DNA of 64,000 nt from Tubulanus polymorphus (GCF_964204645.1 NC_134033.1:11292655-11356654); one strand, 5' to 3'. Numbered from the stretch's first letter, positions 46,701-59,423 are shown. Numbers and translations: made by a program. The notes: a model not told the origin generated them from the letters alone.

Positions 46701-49700
46701 CCATCAGGTTCGAATCCCTGCCGGGGGAGGATGCAAAATACTTGATAATTTTGAGATAATCCCGGTTTGGAAATGTTTGGGTTGTATTTGATAGATTTTC
46801 CTCTAGTTCGACAAATATTTGGGAAATGTATTTTACATATGACGCATCTCATAGGCCTAGTATTAATAGCAGCAAGAGTACTAGAAATGTATCAATGCCT
46901 CAATTCGTAATTGTGATACAAAGTGTTGAACAAATAAGCAAAAACCAATTACGCATAATTTTTGGGCAATTAACATCATCTAGTGCATGAATGACATAAG
47001 TGACAGTTAGATCGCTTGTTTCTATCTTTGTCAAACATATTTGACTTGCGTTAATTGATTGGATTCGTAGCAGGTCAAATCAGAGAAAACAATGTAATCA
47101 TGTCAGGGAATAGTCAGGGTCAAATAAAAGTGGCCATCCTGAATAGGTTTCATGTTGTAGAGAGAATCCCACAATTATAACGAAAAAGTCCGAAAATGTA
47201 ACTTCGAGATAGTAGTTTATTTCAACGTTTCGACTATATCATAATAGTCATCTTCAGGAATAATGAAGGAATCCTGAAGATGACTATTAGGAATAATGAA
47301 GGAATCCTGAAGATGACTATTAGGATATAGTCGAAACGTTGAAATAAACTACTATCTCGAAGTTACATTTTCGGACTTTTTCGTTATAATTATGGGATTC
47401 TCTCTACATCGCGTCAACACGGATATAGTGTTCTATCAATCGTGAGGTTTCATGTTATTGATCCTTCGCGTAGGAGTAAATCTTGCTGGGTGTTATTTCA
47501 GACCTCCTCCACCACCTCCTCCTCCTCCGAAGGATTATGACAGCTGGGGTGAATCAGAGAGCGATGAATCCGATGAAACGTATTATCACTATCATCATCC
47601 GCGGTACCCTCAACCGATGCCGATATACACGCAAATACCTCAACCGATCTTCACGCAGGTACCGATGTACTATCCGCCGAGAATGAGGAAACGTAAACGA
47701 CGAAAACCTCCTCGGAGACCGGCGGCGCCACCTGCTCCACCTCCTGCACCGGTCCCCGCACCCGCCCCGCAACAACCAGTCATCGTCGCTCAACGGACAC
47801 CGCGGCGACGCGATGAAACACCCGCGACAGTGACTCGCAGGCCGGTGCACGTTTTCTACGAAACGGCTCGGATGGACCAGGCGACGAACACCGTCGAAAA
47901 TAAACAAACTCAATACGACTCGGGGAATGAATTCACAGTGGACCGCGGAGTCGACGCGATGAACGGTGCTGAGAGTCGCGGCGGTTTACGCGATAACGCT
48001 CACGTTCTGTTAAATACGACGAATCGTCTCGATCCGCGTGAAGTCGTCATGGAGCGACAACAATTCGAGCGTCCGGTTCCCGTCGAGCCGATACCGGCAC
48101 GGCAGAATCCGCGTCCGCGAGCTAAAACGCATCGCACCTCGCGGGGAATTAAACCGGTTTCCACGGCTGATTGGACGGCGACGTACCGACGCGGCGGGCA
48201 GCGCGCGTTAGCGCCTCGTCCGCACGGGACGGCGCCGGCTGCCGCGACCATCCAGCGCACTCTCTCGAACGACGACGATACGCGTAACGACACGATGCCT
48301 CAATCCGAGAGTACGTGGGAACCGTGGAGAGCCGACGAACGGTCGGTGGCGCCACCCGGCGGTAACGAAGCGGAACTGGAGGCGACGAGAATCGTCGAAG
48401 AATCGTCGGAGTATAGTTACGACGAAGATAGCAACGACGCGACGATTCAACAGCCGAAATATTACTACGAATATACATCAACTCGTCCTAATTATCTGAG
48501 TGAAGTTTTTGATGAAAGTACAAACCCTGTTTTACAGAGATATAGGGTACGTATAATAACGATTTAACTTCTATAGGGGACCTTGCAATTCTCAACTCAT
48601 TAGTTCATCTGTTTAATCTTTCATTAGTCGGTATTATTACCCTCGGCCTATATCTATAACCATGCATCAGTCATCTCTCCCTGGGGGGAAGTAACATCCG
48701 AGCAGCTACTACCCGCTCAGGAGTGATCTATCAGCAGGCCAGGTACCCAACACTCCCGGGTGGAGAAATAAGTGTCTTGCCCGTGGACACTATGGTAATT
48801 TACAGGTTTTGAACCCACAGTACATGGATTATTAACAAACCTTTAATGCAAAGTCATCTGTTTCTATATTCTCTCAGTATTGGAATCCGCACGGTAGTAA
48901 ACGAGTTGCTTGGGCAGATGAGGTAAGTTACAACAGCCACCGGATTGGGTTATTGGAATCTGATGCTTGTTTATTTACGCATATGAAATGTTTGATTCTT
49001 ATTGTTGTAGGTTGACGACTATTACGAATTTCCAAAGGTATGTATGCTTCTGCATTCAATGTGTACTTAAATCCATCTAAAATCATTGAATGTTTCCACT
49101 TTCAGTCCTTCAATCCTTGGAGTAATCAGACACTGAATAGTACTCCAAGTGCTGCTTTGGTCGATCCTTGATGATCGTACTTTGTACATAACAGTCCCTC
49201 ATTGACCGAAATAAAGTCTTAAACACATTCCCTGCCAACTATGAGGTATCTCGTAGTTGCAGCTCCTCTATGAGTTTACTCCTTACTGATCCTTTTCACT
49301 GTTTCAAACTTGAAGCTATTAGTTGGTATAACGTTGTTCCTTATTCGCTGCTGACAGTGTAAACAAACTTTCCTTCATCCTCTATTCTCATTGGTCATTT
49401 CTGACTCTTTAACAATTGGCAGATGATGCAAACAAGTCATTAAATATCACGGTGGAAGTTAACAGTTTATTAAGATAACTTACTTTGGGTGTAGCCTAAT
49501 ATGGACCCTGTTTAAATCTTGTATTCATCTATTGTAGGAAATTCAAGCGTTGCGTCATTTATTGAATCACAACGATTTCGCAGAAATGTTCGTCGATGGT
49601 TTTGTGGAAGAATACCTCGAAGAAGAGATTCCTGAATTCTTGCTCGATTGGTTGACGTATATCGACAGTCTGGTGCGTAGAAAATGATAGATTAATATGG

Positions 49701-52700
49701 GTGTTGTATGTGTACAATATTGCCTGTGAATATTTTTGAAGGTGGCCACAAAAATGATGAAAGTGATTTGAAGTTGTAGCCCAGGGTCCAGTTCCACAGT
49801 TCGGAGTTAAAATTTGACCCTGAGTCAACTCAATGAACTACTGAACTAATTTTAACTCAGAGTTAACTCTAACTCACAACTGTGGAACTGGGTCCTGGGT
49901 GTTCATGGATTTGAATCCTGCTGGTAATAGTCAGTCAGTCTTTCACATACTGGTCTCTCATTAATCCAGGGTTCATTGGTTTTAATCCTGGTGGTCGCAG
50001 AATTTCTAAATCTAAGTTCCCTCTCTGACCTTAATCGGTGAAAAAAGTCTTGAACTGGCTGATGTTTCTGCGAGCAGTGCTCAGCGCGTTTAGGGATAAA
50101 GATGATGACAAAAACTTGTGTAAAATTTGTCTAAAATTGTAAAGAGACTAAAAGACTGAAAAATATTTGCGAGATCTGTTGTGAAAAACCAAAGTTATAC
50201 AAGATGATTCATTCAAGATGATTCTTTCAATTTTGTAGCCGGCTGATCATCCTTGGTTTGTACCGTCGATGCATTATATCGAAGATCTGATTCTCGACGA
50301 AGTTATTTTGATGTCGAAGGACATCGTGCTCGAATTGGCTCAACAGACTGTCAATGAGTACGTATCAACCGCAAATTAGTCATTTAGTTAGTTTCATAAA
50401 ACTTAACTTACCAGCCATTAGAATTTCTGTGTAAAGGTCCATTCTTTAGCTATTACTTCCTAGTCACCTCTATTTAGTGAGTCCCTTGGGCCAGTTGCAC
50501 AGTCGTGACTTAAGTCCAAAAGCGGTCTTAAATCTTAAGACTTAAATTGTTGGATTGACTATAGAACTAAGTTGGTCTTAGACTGGTCTTAAGTCTAAGC
50601 CATGACTATGCAACTGGCCCCAGTTCTTTATTTCCAATTCAATTTACTAAGTGTAAGTCATCGTTTGGATAAGTTATCAATTTAATCGTAGACAGGTGCT
50701 GATCACATGATTTATGCACTGGGGCCAGTTGCACAGTCGTGACTTAAGTCCAAAAGTGGTCTTAAATCTTAAGACTGGTCTTAAGTTGTTAGATTAGCTA
50801 TAGAACTAAGTTGGTCTTAGACTGGTCTTAAGTCTAAGCAACCGGCCCCTGGAGTGTCAACACACTGAAAGGGTTAATGCCAATTTTTCGTGTGTACGAT
50901 AGTTCGATTATTTGCGATCTGTTTTTCAGTTATCTGAATAAACAAATGGACCAAAAGCGCGACCCGTTGGAGGACTTTCTCGATAGTATATTCGGCGACG
51001 TAATTTACACGCTGGGTACGGAAACAGTGAAAGAAGGCATGCGTGAACTAGCAGACGAATACATGGAGAACGCGCTGGTTTACGACATACTGATGGAGGC
51101 CGCTGACTCGATCATATCCGAGGACGCTGAAGGAATTGTGAGTTAACCCTTTCAATGCTGACTAATCAATACCCTATAGTGCTGGAGATAATTTAAAAAT
51201 TTTTTCAAAAATTCCACCCTAGTGTGTTGAATAACGGGAATACCATATAGTGCGTCTACGCCACGGCGCGGTGTATCGTTAGTTACTAGTATTTCACTAT
51301 GTTTGACAGATGCTGCCATTTTTCAAGAGAGATAATTACTAATTATCAATTACATCAATACACCACAGTGCGGTGTACTAGCAAAATCTATTACTGATTT
51401 ATACACCGCACTGCGGTGTAGACGCACTGAAAGGGTTAAACCATTCATCTCATCTACAGCCTTGATCAGCTCTCGCACTGACATTTTAAAAAGCTTGAAA
51501 CTCTAAGCAGCATAAAACAGACAAGAAAAGATCAAAAAGATCAAGAATTGCGGTTACAAATATCGAGCTCCCAGAAATTATAATGTTGAAATACTGTAAT
51601 CATCTAGGAACCTATCGAGTAAAATGACCACCCGTACCTTGCTCCCAAAACTAAAAACTGCTCAAATCATTTAGGAGCGCATGTGGTGAAATAATCCGTA
51701 GCTGGCTTCCAGAATAGAATGTAAAAATTCTCCAATCTTCTAGGAACCTATGGGCTAAAATAACCCATGGCTACCTCCAATAACAAAATTTAAAATTCTC
51801 AATTCTTCCTCAAAGCTACGGGATGAAGTAATAGCTAGTTCCCAGTAAAAATGCTCTAATTATCTCGACCCTCTAAATGGTAAAATGATCAATGGCTAGC
51901 TCCCAGCATAAAAATGCTCTTCAACACCTTACGGAGATTGTTAGCTTTTTCTCCATCTTCTGTATGTTTTTTTTTCAGCTCGAAGATGCCATAATGGATG
52001 TCACAGTTGAGGATATCATTGACGAACATTATTTAACACCTCATATCGACGATCAGTCGGACAGCGTTGCACGCGAGATCCTTACGCATTACGACACGAA
52101 GCAACGAAGGAAAATGATCAAAGAGGTGCGTTGTATTCTAATATAGATCTACACGGTCTTAATGCAGGTCAGGTGTCAATGTGCGCTCTTTGACATCATT
52201 CACCATCATAAATTGTCGTATGAAGTCTGGATGATTACATTTTATGAGTTTGTAGATAAAATGTCTTATATGCAATATGAATTGCCCACTACAGATTTCA
52301 CGATATCACAATCAATCCCTGCTGGTCATTCCTGTGTTATTCCTATCTCAGCCAGGCTTAGAGCCTTCTCGTTCTCTGGTAATGATACACATGATCTGAT
52401 TTACGCATGCAAAAATGTGGTACTTTTACAGTTAGCTGAAATGGCGAATAAGAAATTACTAGATTCAATGTTGCTGGAGGAAATTTTGTCTAGTGTCGCC
52501 CATCAAGGCAAAATATGGACTCAATCTCATTATTCTGATAAACTATTTAATGGTAAGATCAGCTACAGTAATCTAGTTAGTCCCATTTATACACCGTACT
52601 GCAGTGTAGATACACCTTAAGGGTTAAGTAGACTCCATTAACAGTTTGTTTGAAATTCTCTCATTTATAGAACTGATTCTTGATGTGCTACTGGGACAAT

Positions 52701-53496
52701 ATTTCGATGTGCCAAATGAATTCGCCGTCACAGCTGATGACAAAGCTCTGCGGAAACTTCATGAAAAAATGGTCACCGATGTTGTAAGTTCTGATATATG
52801 TTAGATTTCAATAGCAGTTTTAACTTCTCAGATAAACTGTTAAAATAAGCACCCGGATCTTATAAACGGAGTTGCTTCTTCTATATCTGGTAATCATGTT
52901 TACATATTTGATGTATCTTAGGCTTTGGATGTTTTATTGGATGAATTGAATCTTGAGTTGGATGAAGATCTAGCCATGTTGGATGACAATGAGCGAGGCG
53001 AAAATAACCCAGATCCCGGGTGAGTTGGTTTAGTCAGTAAACTCAACTGTGTTTCGATTCTTTGTATCCGTGTAATTCGGGTTGACTCTGGATCCACCCC
53101 CCGGATAATTGAAGGGTTTCTATGCATTGAAATCCGTTTGGCTACCAGCGTAGCTTGGCAATTGGTTGAGACCATATTTCAAAATACAGAGGACACCCCT
53201 TGAATCCATCACTGACATCTCTCCCTGGGAAGTTACATCCGAGCAGCTGTAGGGCGCTCTGAAGTTGATATAGTGCACTGGTCCAATTGACGTCAGGAAG
53301 ATTTGCTGAAATCTACCGTTATTTTGAAAATCTCATTTCGTTTTTCAGACTTCCGGAAGATGTTCATCAGTGGTTATGCGGCAACCTGACGAAACAAGAA
53401 CCGGACGATGAAAACAACGATGAACCATCATCGTCTCCGACTAAACAACCTGTGCTTTCACTAGAGGAACAATCTCGCAATCTAGAATTAACTTAA
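34726..53496 (+). CDS. Large multi-exon uncharacterised protein (Pro/Arg-rich disordered N-terminus, acidic helical C-terminus)
   Basis: Approximate exons: 34726-34811, 45110-45303, 46186-46238, ~47474/47502-48546, 48878-48922, 49011-49037, 49538-49671, 50239-50357, 50930-51137, 51979-52125, 52432-52552, 52671-52782, 52922-53018, 53350-53496. Splice sites are canonical and the phases I checked are compatible; the exon 3-4 junction is uncertain. Confidence 0.65.
37821..42908 (-). CDS. Intron-rich CACTA/EnSpm (Tnp2-like) transposase
   Basis: MSKVICFCAKC..H start, acidic tract, CTNGCMMF..CDKCG, LALTMDGTNAF, WPIMINFLNL, GDYE..GFDGCIKC, ALDPMH, HLHHH..FGT..MFSSE. Many short GT-AG introns. Confidence 0.85.
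39775..39907. mobile_element. Truncated copy of the MITE family at 54143-54302, nested in a transposase intron
   Basis: Shares ctagggggagggg...tgcgtactgtaatgcttaatgtat...aataaatgaatgatcccta. Confidence 0.65.
41244..41659. repeat. Foldback insertion (~95-bp inverted repeats plus an internal direct copy) in a transposase intron
   Basis: tgatgacgtcagtaatagggataataggc...cagttgaat at 41244 is inverted at 41565-41659, with a direct copy at ~41463. Confidence 0.75.
45328..46170 (+). repeat. 34-bp minisatellite, ~25 copies, intronic
   Basis: Unit AAGCC(A/G)CC(T/C)G(T/A)ATCCACCCTGACT(A/G)TTACTCCTC. Confidence 0.95.
46388..46740. mobile_element. Divergent inverted pair of tRNA-like (SINE-head-like) units
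   Basis: Both arms contain ctgcgcatgta...ggg.ttcgtgccgtggc...cgatgccatcaGGTTCGA(A/G)TCCctgc (B box) in opposite orientation. Confidence 0.6.
47157..47444. mobile_element. Palindromic double-hammerhead insertion (Penelope-like non-autonomous element B)
   Basis: ~100-bp arms (47156-47408) with CTGAAGA-T-GACTAT..ATAGTC-GAAAC-GTT on both strands and an internal 33-bp tandem duplication. A 36-nt tail lies on the right, and the 12-bp TSD AGGTTTCATGTT is at 47145 and 47445. Confidence 0.8.
48660..48820 (-). mobile_element. SINE fragment with a conserved central-domain-like motif (second fragment at ~53205-53250)
   Basis: The minus strand reads gtgtcc..gggcaagacactt...ctccacccggg...gggtacctgg, resembling CORE/V/Meta-type SINE central domains. 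Confidence 0.55.
49785..49894. mobile_element. Short Harbinger-like MITE with CWG flanks
   Basis: ccagttccacagtt ... aactgtggaactgg inverted repeat with CAG/CTG flanks. Confidence 0.65.
50488..50848. mobile_element. Two copies of a ~130-bp Harbinger-like MITE (50488-50620, 50722-50848; fragment at ~61015)
   Basis: GGGCCAGTTGC...GCAACTGGCCC TIRs. The second copy is flanked by a CTG TSD. Confidence 0.8.
51147..51435. mobile_element. TTAA-specific (piggyBac-like) MITE
   Basis: TTAA|CCCTTTCA.TGC...GCACTGAAAGGG|TTAA. Confidence 0.85.
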
Positions 53497-53646
53497 TCAA
53501 ATGAATGATTACTTCTTTAGCTCTTTCGTTGAGTAGTATTCAAGCCAGATGAGTTTTAGAATTCTTTTCCAGTCATTTTTATAGATAACTAGATAAGTGT
53601 ATGGTATTTGCTACGTACCAAGGGATATATTTGTCTATGACGTGTA

Positions 53647-53790
53647 CAGTAGACCCTGCTTAATGAGATCATTTGGGACCAAATCAGGTCTTTTTCAACT
53701 ATTGAGAAATCCGGATTAGATATCATATTTTATATCCTGTGTGTCTACATCTAAAATAATATGCGGATTAGATGAAAATAGGGCCTACTG
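53647..53790. mobile_element. Tc1/mariner-like MITE
   Basis: TA|CAGTAGACCC ... GGGCCTACTG|TA. Confidence 0.55.
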
Positions 53791-54142
53791 TATAAAGATT
53801 GAATGTGAAAATTCATTGAACAAATGAAAATAGTTACATTATATCCGTCCAAGGGAAGATTTGTCCCCAGTTGTATTTATAGATAAATTGCCAAAATGTA
53901 CAATTGTTTATAGAATGTTCAATGTGAAAACAATATGCACCTGTTGTATTATTTCTAATAAAAACTTATCGAAGTTAACCAAGCATCGTCGACTACAATT
54001 AACATCGCCAAACCTCAGGCATTGCCAACTTTCATTCATTTTTGATCGTCAGGATTTCGAATTGGACATCGTTAAATGGAAATTGAACTTCAGTAGACTC
54101 TACCTGTAGCGGTACGGCTACTGGTCTGGACAGATCCCCATA

Positions 54143-54302
54143 TGGGGTCATTCATTTATTACGTACACATTAGGGGAGGGGGTTCAATGCAATTGCGTAC
54201 TGTAATGCTTAATGTATATGAAAAAATGGCCGATTTTGCGTATAGAGGGGAGGGGGTTGAAAAATTAAAATTTTATGCGTACGTAATAAATCAATGATCC
54301 CT
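54143..54302. mobile_element. MITE with ~25-bp TIRs
   Basis: ggggtcattcatttattacgtac ... gtacgtaataaatcaatgatccc. Confidence 0.75.
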
Positions 54303-55789
54303 ATAGATTTTTGGTTTAAGTTTTAGATTACAGCTTGCTGCAGATTGATACCTGTACTTATACATACCTGTACGTATACTCCTTACTTGAATTAATCGGG
54401 GACTAGCGTGATTATCAAGACAGTTCGAGATAGACAATGGGATTTAATTCACATTCCGATGCAATGGTTCGAAAATTTGTGCTCGAGTTAATTCAACTTG
54501 AAAGAATTTGAGGAATTTACGCAGTACTGTGTTCATTACTTTACAGTGAGTCAAACTCTCGACTATTCCATCGGGCGATCAAGTGATTAAACGACCAAAC
54601 ACTCCACAATCAGAATATAAAATACCAAACATCTCCAACAATTTTAATGAAATTGGTTTTATTTCACAGTTATTCATTTGCTTGTGTTTTCTTGAACACA
54701 TACATACATACATACTATGTACAGTCAGTCATACAGTTATAACTCAAATGATATTATTTGCAATATTCTGCACTGTGTGTCGCACCAGAAATTTTTACTT
54801 CAACCGTTTTCAATTCTAGATAAATTCAAACTTAATTTTGGAACTTGTGATGATGCAAGTCCAATCTAGCTTCTTATCCATATGTCCAGTCCACGATCAA
54901 CTAAATTGCTCATCGAATTGAAATTGAATGTTATTTACGAACATATATGCAAATAATGTATATAATAATAAATTATATGAAAAAATTAAATTCAAGGTGC
55001 CAAGATGGAATTATCTCTTAAAATTAATTTACATGCGATACACCAAAAACTTGTTGGTAACCATTGATAAATTAACCGGAGTCTATGCCACGTGTCGAAC
55101 TGCTGCTTTGACCCTTCCCTAATGTGGCTGATGCCGGCCATAATATAAAATTCCCGATATGCAAATGAGAAGTACGCCGAAACGAAAAAAGAAGTTTGAA
55201 TTTCCTGTAATAAATCCGTCTGGTGAAGAATTTTTCGTTTTTGGATTTCTTGGTCGACGCGCCAAAAACAAAAGTTCCATTTTAATGAAATTCGAAATTA
55301 TTCTTCGTTTTGGCGTTTGTTTTCACCAGATATTTTATGAGCTCACTTTCAAAAAGTGATCTCAAGACTTCAAACTACAATGATGAATGTTTGATAGCGC
55401 TCGACTCCTGCATTAGACACAATCACTGCTTGCTAGTAAAGCACATAAAAACGCAGAACCAGAATCGGTTCATTTTCAATACCTGCAGGTGGCGCTCGTC
55501 ATCGAAACAAATAATTCACACACATAATAAATAAATAAATCATTATAATTATAACATAATACCATACCTTATGTAATGATAATTATACATACCATATATA
55601 GATATACATATGAATATAATAACACGTATTAGTCTATAGTCTCTTTACGTAAAAAGATACACACACAAATTAATGAAGAGCTAGTATAGTAGGTAAATAA
55701 TTCATATCACATTGTTTGGTACGTTCGTGTAAGTAATATGTGGATCTTAAAATAAGGTCTTTAAAGAAAGTATTGGTTTACTTCCTTAA

Positions 55790-56017
55790 CCCTTTCAGTG
55801 CGTCTACACCGCAGTGCGGTGTATAAATCAGTGATAGATTTTGCTAGTAAACCGCACTGTGGTGTATTGATGTAATTAGTAATTATCTCTCTTGAAAAAT
55901 GGCAGCACGTGTCAAACATAGTGAAATACTAGTAACTAACGATACACCGCACCACAGTGTAGAATTTTCAAATTATCTCCAGCACTATAGGGTATTAATT
56001 AGTCAGCACTGAAAGGG
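55790..56017. mobile_element. TTAA-specific MITE, same family as 51147-51435, opposite orientation, internally deleted
   Basis: TTAA|CCCTTTCAGTGC...GCACTGAAAGGG|TTAA. The internal sequence is the reverse complement of the 51.1 kb copy. Confidence 0.85.
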
Positions 56018-56246
56018 TTAACAGCACAAGTATATATGGTAGACATAGTCCCTATCCAGCGATAACTGCTTCTCTAGTCTCTATCATTTCTATAATTCAC
56101 GTCGTTTCATCTTTTTCAGCTGCAAGGTCATCTTACTACGGAACCCCGTTACAAAAAACTTCAGGCGACTGAAAAATCAGTTCATTATGACCAATAATAG
56201 CTTATCGTATACTCTATGAATGTATTATCTAGATCACTGCCACCTT

Positions 56247-56686
56247 ACTAGTCAACCCCCAATATACCAACCACATCGGTGCAGAATGGTTTTGGCGCTA
56301 TATCAAGGTTGTTTTACTACGTGCTTGTATAGAGATGTATATTGAGAAAACCTGGGGGTAGGCGGAGGGTGGCGGTAAATGGGAAGGCGGTATATCGGGG
56401 ATGTTTTACTATGTATTTGTATAGAGATGTACATTGAGAAAACCTGGCGGTAGGCGGGGTTGGCGGTATATGGGAGGGTCGTATATCAGGGATGTTTTAC
56501 TATGTATTTGTATAGAGATGTACATTGAGAAAACCTGGCGGTAGGCGGGGGTGGCGGTATATGGGAGGGTCGAATATCAGGGATGTTTTACTATGTATTT
56601 GTATAGAGATGTACATTGAGAAAACCTGGCGGTAGGCAGGGGTGGCGGTAAATGGGAGGGCCGTATATCAGGGGTTGACTTACTGT
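56247..56686. repeat. ~91-bp tandem repeat (x4) inside a Tc1/mariner-like MITE
   Basis: Units start at 56311, 56403, 56494 and 56585, bounded by agtcaacccc...atatac / gtatat...ggggttgact. Confidence 0.75.
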
Positions 56687-57849
56687 GAGTTATCACACAC
56701 ATGTAGTTGGTAATAGAGCTACTACTCATAGTCGGGCTTTGTTCAAAATTAACCAATGAGCATAGGCATAATAAGCAGTTGGTTCACATTGCCAGCCAAT
56801 GTATCAGGAACTGTATCATTCAGATTGCCATAATGCAAATATTAAACAGTGAATAAGAATTAGAAGGATCAGTAAGTAAGTAATCACTGGTATTAGAATG
56901 TGTCATGTGTCATCGAAATTAAGTAGCTACGAAAAAATATCAAACAATTCAATAAAGTGTACAACTTTCTTTTTTGAGTATTCATTTGCATCAAATGTCG
57001 TAAATAAGACTTATAAGGTGGAAAGCTACAACAGACTCAGAGGAGAAAAAACTAATTAGTGAAGTTAAGATAACCTGCACTTAATGTCATACACAAGTAC
57101 CTACGTGAGATGACACCGGGAATCGTGACTGTATCAAAGAAAATCGAAAAAGGATTTATTTGAAAATTTACCATTAATTGCAATCACCACTTCAAACTTC
57201 ACTTTTAATAGTCTATCATTTTTGCAACAAAATTCAGGGTATCAAGTACCTAATACGGATTCTATGACCACGGCAATCGAGGATTCCGCTTGTGGCAAGT
57301 GAGGATCGACCGGATTCGCAAGCGCGCATCAGAGGACGATTCCAGATTCAATTAAAATCCATCCATAATTTCTCAAATTCTTACGATGAATTAGAAAGCG
57401 GTTATATATGAACTCTAAAAGATCAATCTGTGTTTATCCAGAGATAATAAGATGAACCCAATTACTAATGAAAGTTCATCGAAAATTCATTGATCAGAAG
57501 AATAGAGACTCAAGTTTGTGAACATTAATTACCAGAACTCATGTAAATCGTATGGCAGCGTAGTAAAAACAATCTAATATTCTCGACAAGCAAAACAATT
57601 ACACAACAACGAAATATTCATGAAAATAAAACTTTGAAATCTTTACCTATTTCTCGATTCGAGCCGATTCTTAAATACCTAGCGTACGAAACTTCGACTT
57701 ATTTCCGATAGTGAGATAATACCCACATTCATTCGGGAGACCGAGTCGACTCGGTGAGCCGTTCGATTGGAAACTCGGTGAGCAGTTCAATCAGGACCGA
57801 GTGAACAGTGGCTATGAATTAAATACAGCGTCATCCACAACTGATAGAA

Positions 57850-58004
57850 CAGGGTCCCTTCTGATCAGTAATTCCAGAATTCAAGGACTTTTCAAGGAGA
57901 AAATTTCAAATTTCGAGGAAGCATCTGCATCACTTGCATATCCCAATTACGTATCTACGATCTAGAAGGAGTTTTCAAGGAATGAAGGAGTCATAGGGAC
58001 CCTG
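57850..58004. mobile_element. hAT-like MITE with 5-bp TSD
   Basis: TAGAA|CAGGGTCCCT...AGGGACCCTG|TAGAA. Confidence 0.7.
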
Positions 58005-58616
58005 TAGAACTACCAGTGGAGTGCTCCTGAAGGTGGGAGCAGCCCTATCGTCAGTCGACTCAGTCAACCAAACAAACACATATACACATGGGATTAATAA
58101 TTCCGTTAGCTCTTCTACGATGAATTCAAAGTTTTAGGAACAACTTGCTCTGAATATTACACTATTGATTTCCAAAACTTCCATGCAGTAAAAAAATGTC
58201 TTCCTATATTCTAGTCAGCGCGTGACTACCATCTTTTAAAAGCTCAGTAACAGAAATTCCTTCATTCGGACGAGCTCATGCAAAAAAGAAGCGTAATATT
58301 CCAGCGTCGACCGGGCGCCAGTTGGCTCGTGCACCGCGAGCGGATTACAAACAGTATCAATCATTCGTGCGAGGTAAGCCATGAAACATACGCATTCGAT
58401 AATAAACCGTACACGAGAGGGAGCACACACGCGCGCCAGAGACAGACATAGATCAATACATACATGTGTAGGTATGAAATGTTTTTTCGCATTCGTCCAT
58501 TTTTTATATATATTCAGGACAAGGAGTAAACATACATTCGAAGTTCGTTATAGTGGTCTTGCAGCCACGCGCTTTTTCAACATGAATACACGATCTTTAT
58601 TGGCAAAAACAATAAG

Positions 58617-58934
58617 CATGGGCGTCACCAGTGGGTGTCGGGAGTTGTGGACAACCCCCTTTTAAATCCAAGTTCTGCATGTTTTTTTAGTTAGAAATTT
58701 TGTTTTTTCCCATTCTGCAAATTTCATAAATATTTTGCTTTAGCCTTCGAAATGTCCAGAAAACGCCTCTCAAGCTTCAAATTTCAAACATTAAGATTAT
58801 TTAGGAACATTCAAGTAATTTCGAGGATTCAGAAATGCTCGTTTGCCTTCAGAGCTCGGTGGATACAGTACGAAGTGTGGTATATACATAGTACCACTTT
58901 ATGACCCCTTTAAAAACTCCTAGTGACGCCCCTG
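58617..58934. mobile_element. hAT-like MITE with 5-bp TSD
   Basis: ATAAG|CATGGGCGTCACCAG...CTAGTGACGCCCCTG|ATAAG. Confidence 0.7.
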
Positions 58935-59234
58935 ATAAGTCATATACATGAAAGACCCCAGAGTTTTCAAGTGCCTGATTATCTTTAGTCGGCATGTACG
59001 GCGAGTCGTCAACACAGGTTGCCTCACGTGCAAGACCTCTATATATTGCCACCGCTTGCACCAAGAAAACACGGCGTTATAAAGAATTCAGCGTTTTAAA
59101 GAACGATATAGTTGACCGATTACAGCGGTGAAGTGGTCGATCTGTCTTTCACATTCCACACCCAGTTGCTCAAAGGTTGGTTAAAGTTAACCAGTTGATG
59201 TAGTGCTAAGCAACTTGAGGATTGAAAAAAATAC

Positions 59235-59423
59235 CAGTAGACCTCGCTTAATCCAGATCGGTTTACGAGAATTAATCCGCATCATAATGAACCGAGTAAA
59301 ATCCGGTTTATGAGAAATGTTCTGAGTTCAAAACGTTGACGACCGATCCGTCTTCGATTACTTCGAAAATTCCAATTATACATACTTCGATTGAACTGAT
59401 CTGGGTTAAGTGGGGGGTTTACT
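59235..59423. mobile_element. Tc1/mariner-like MITE
   Basis: cagtagacctcgcttaatccagatc ... gatctgggttaagtggggggtttactgta. Confidence 0.55.
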
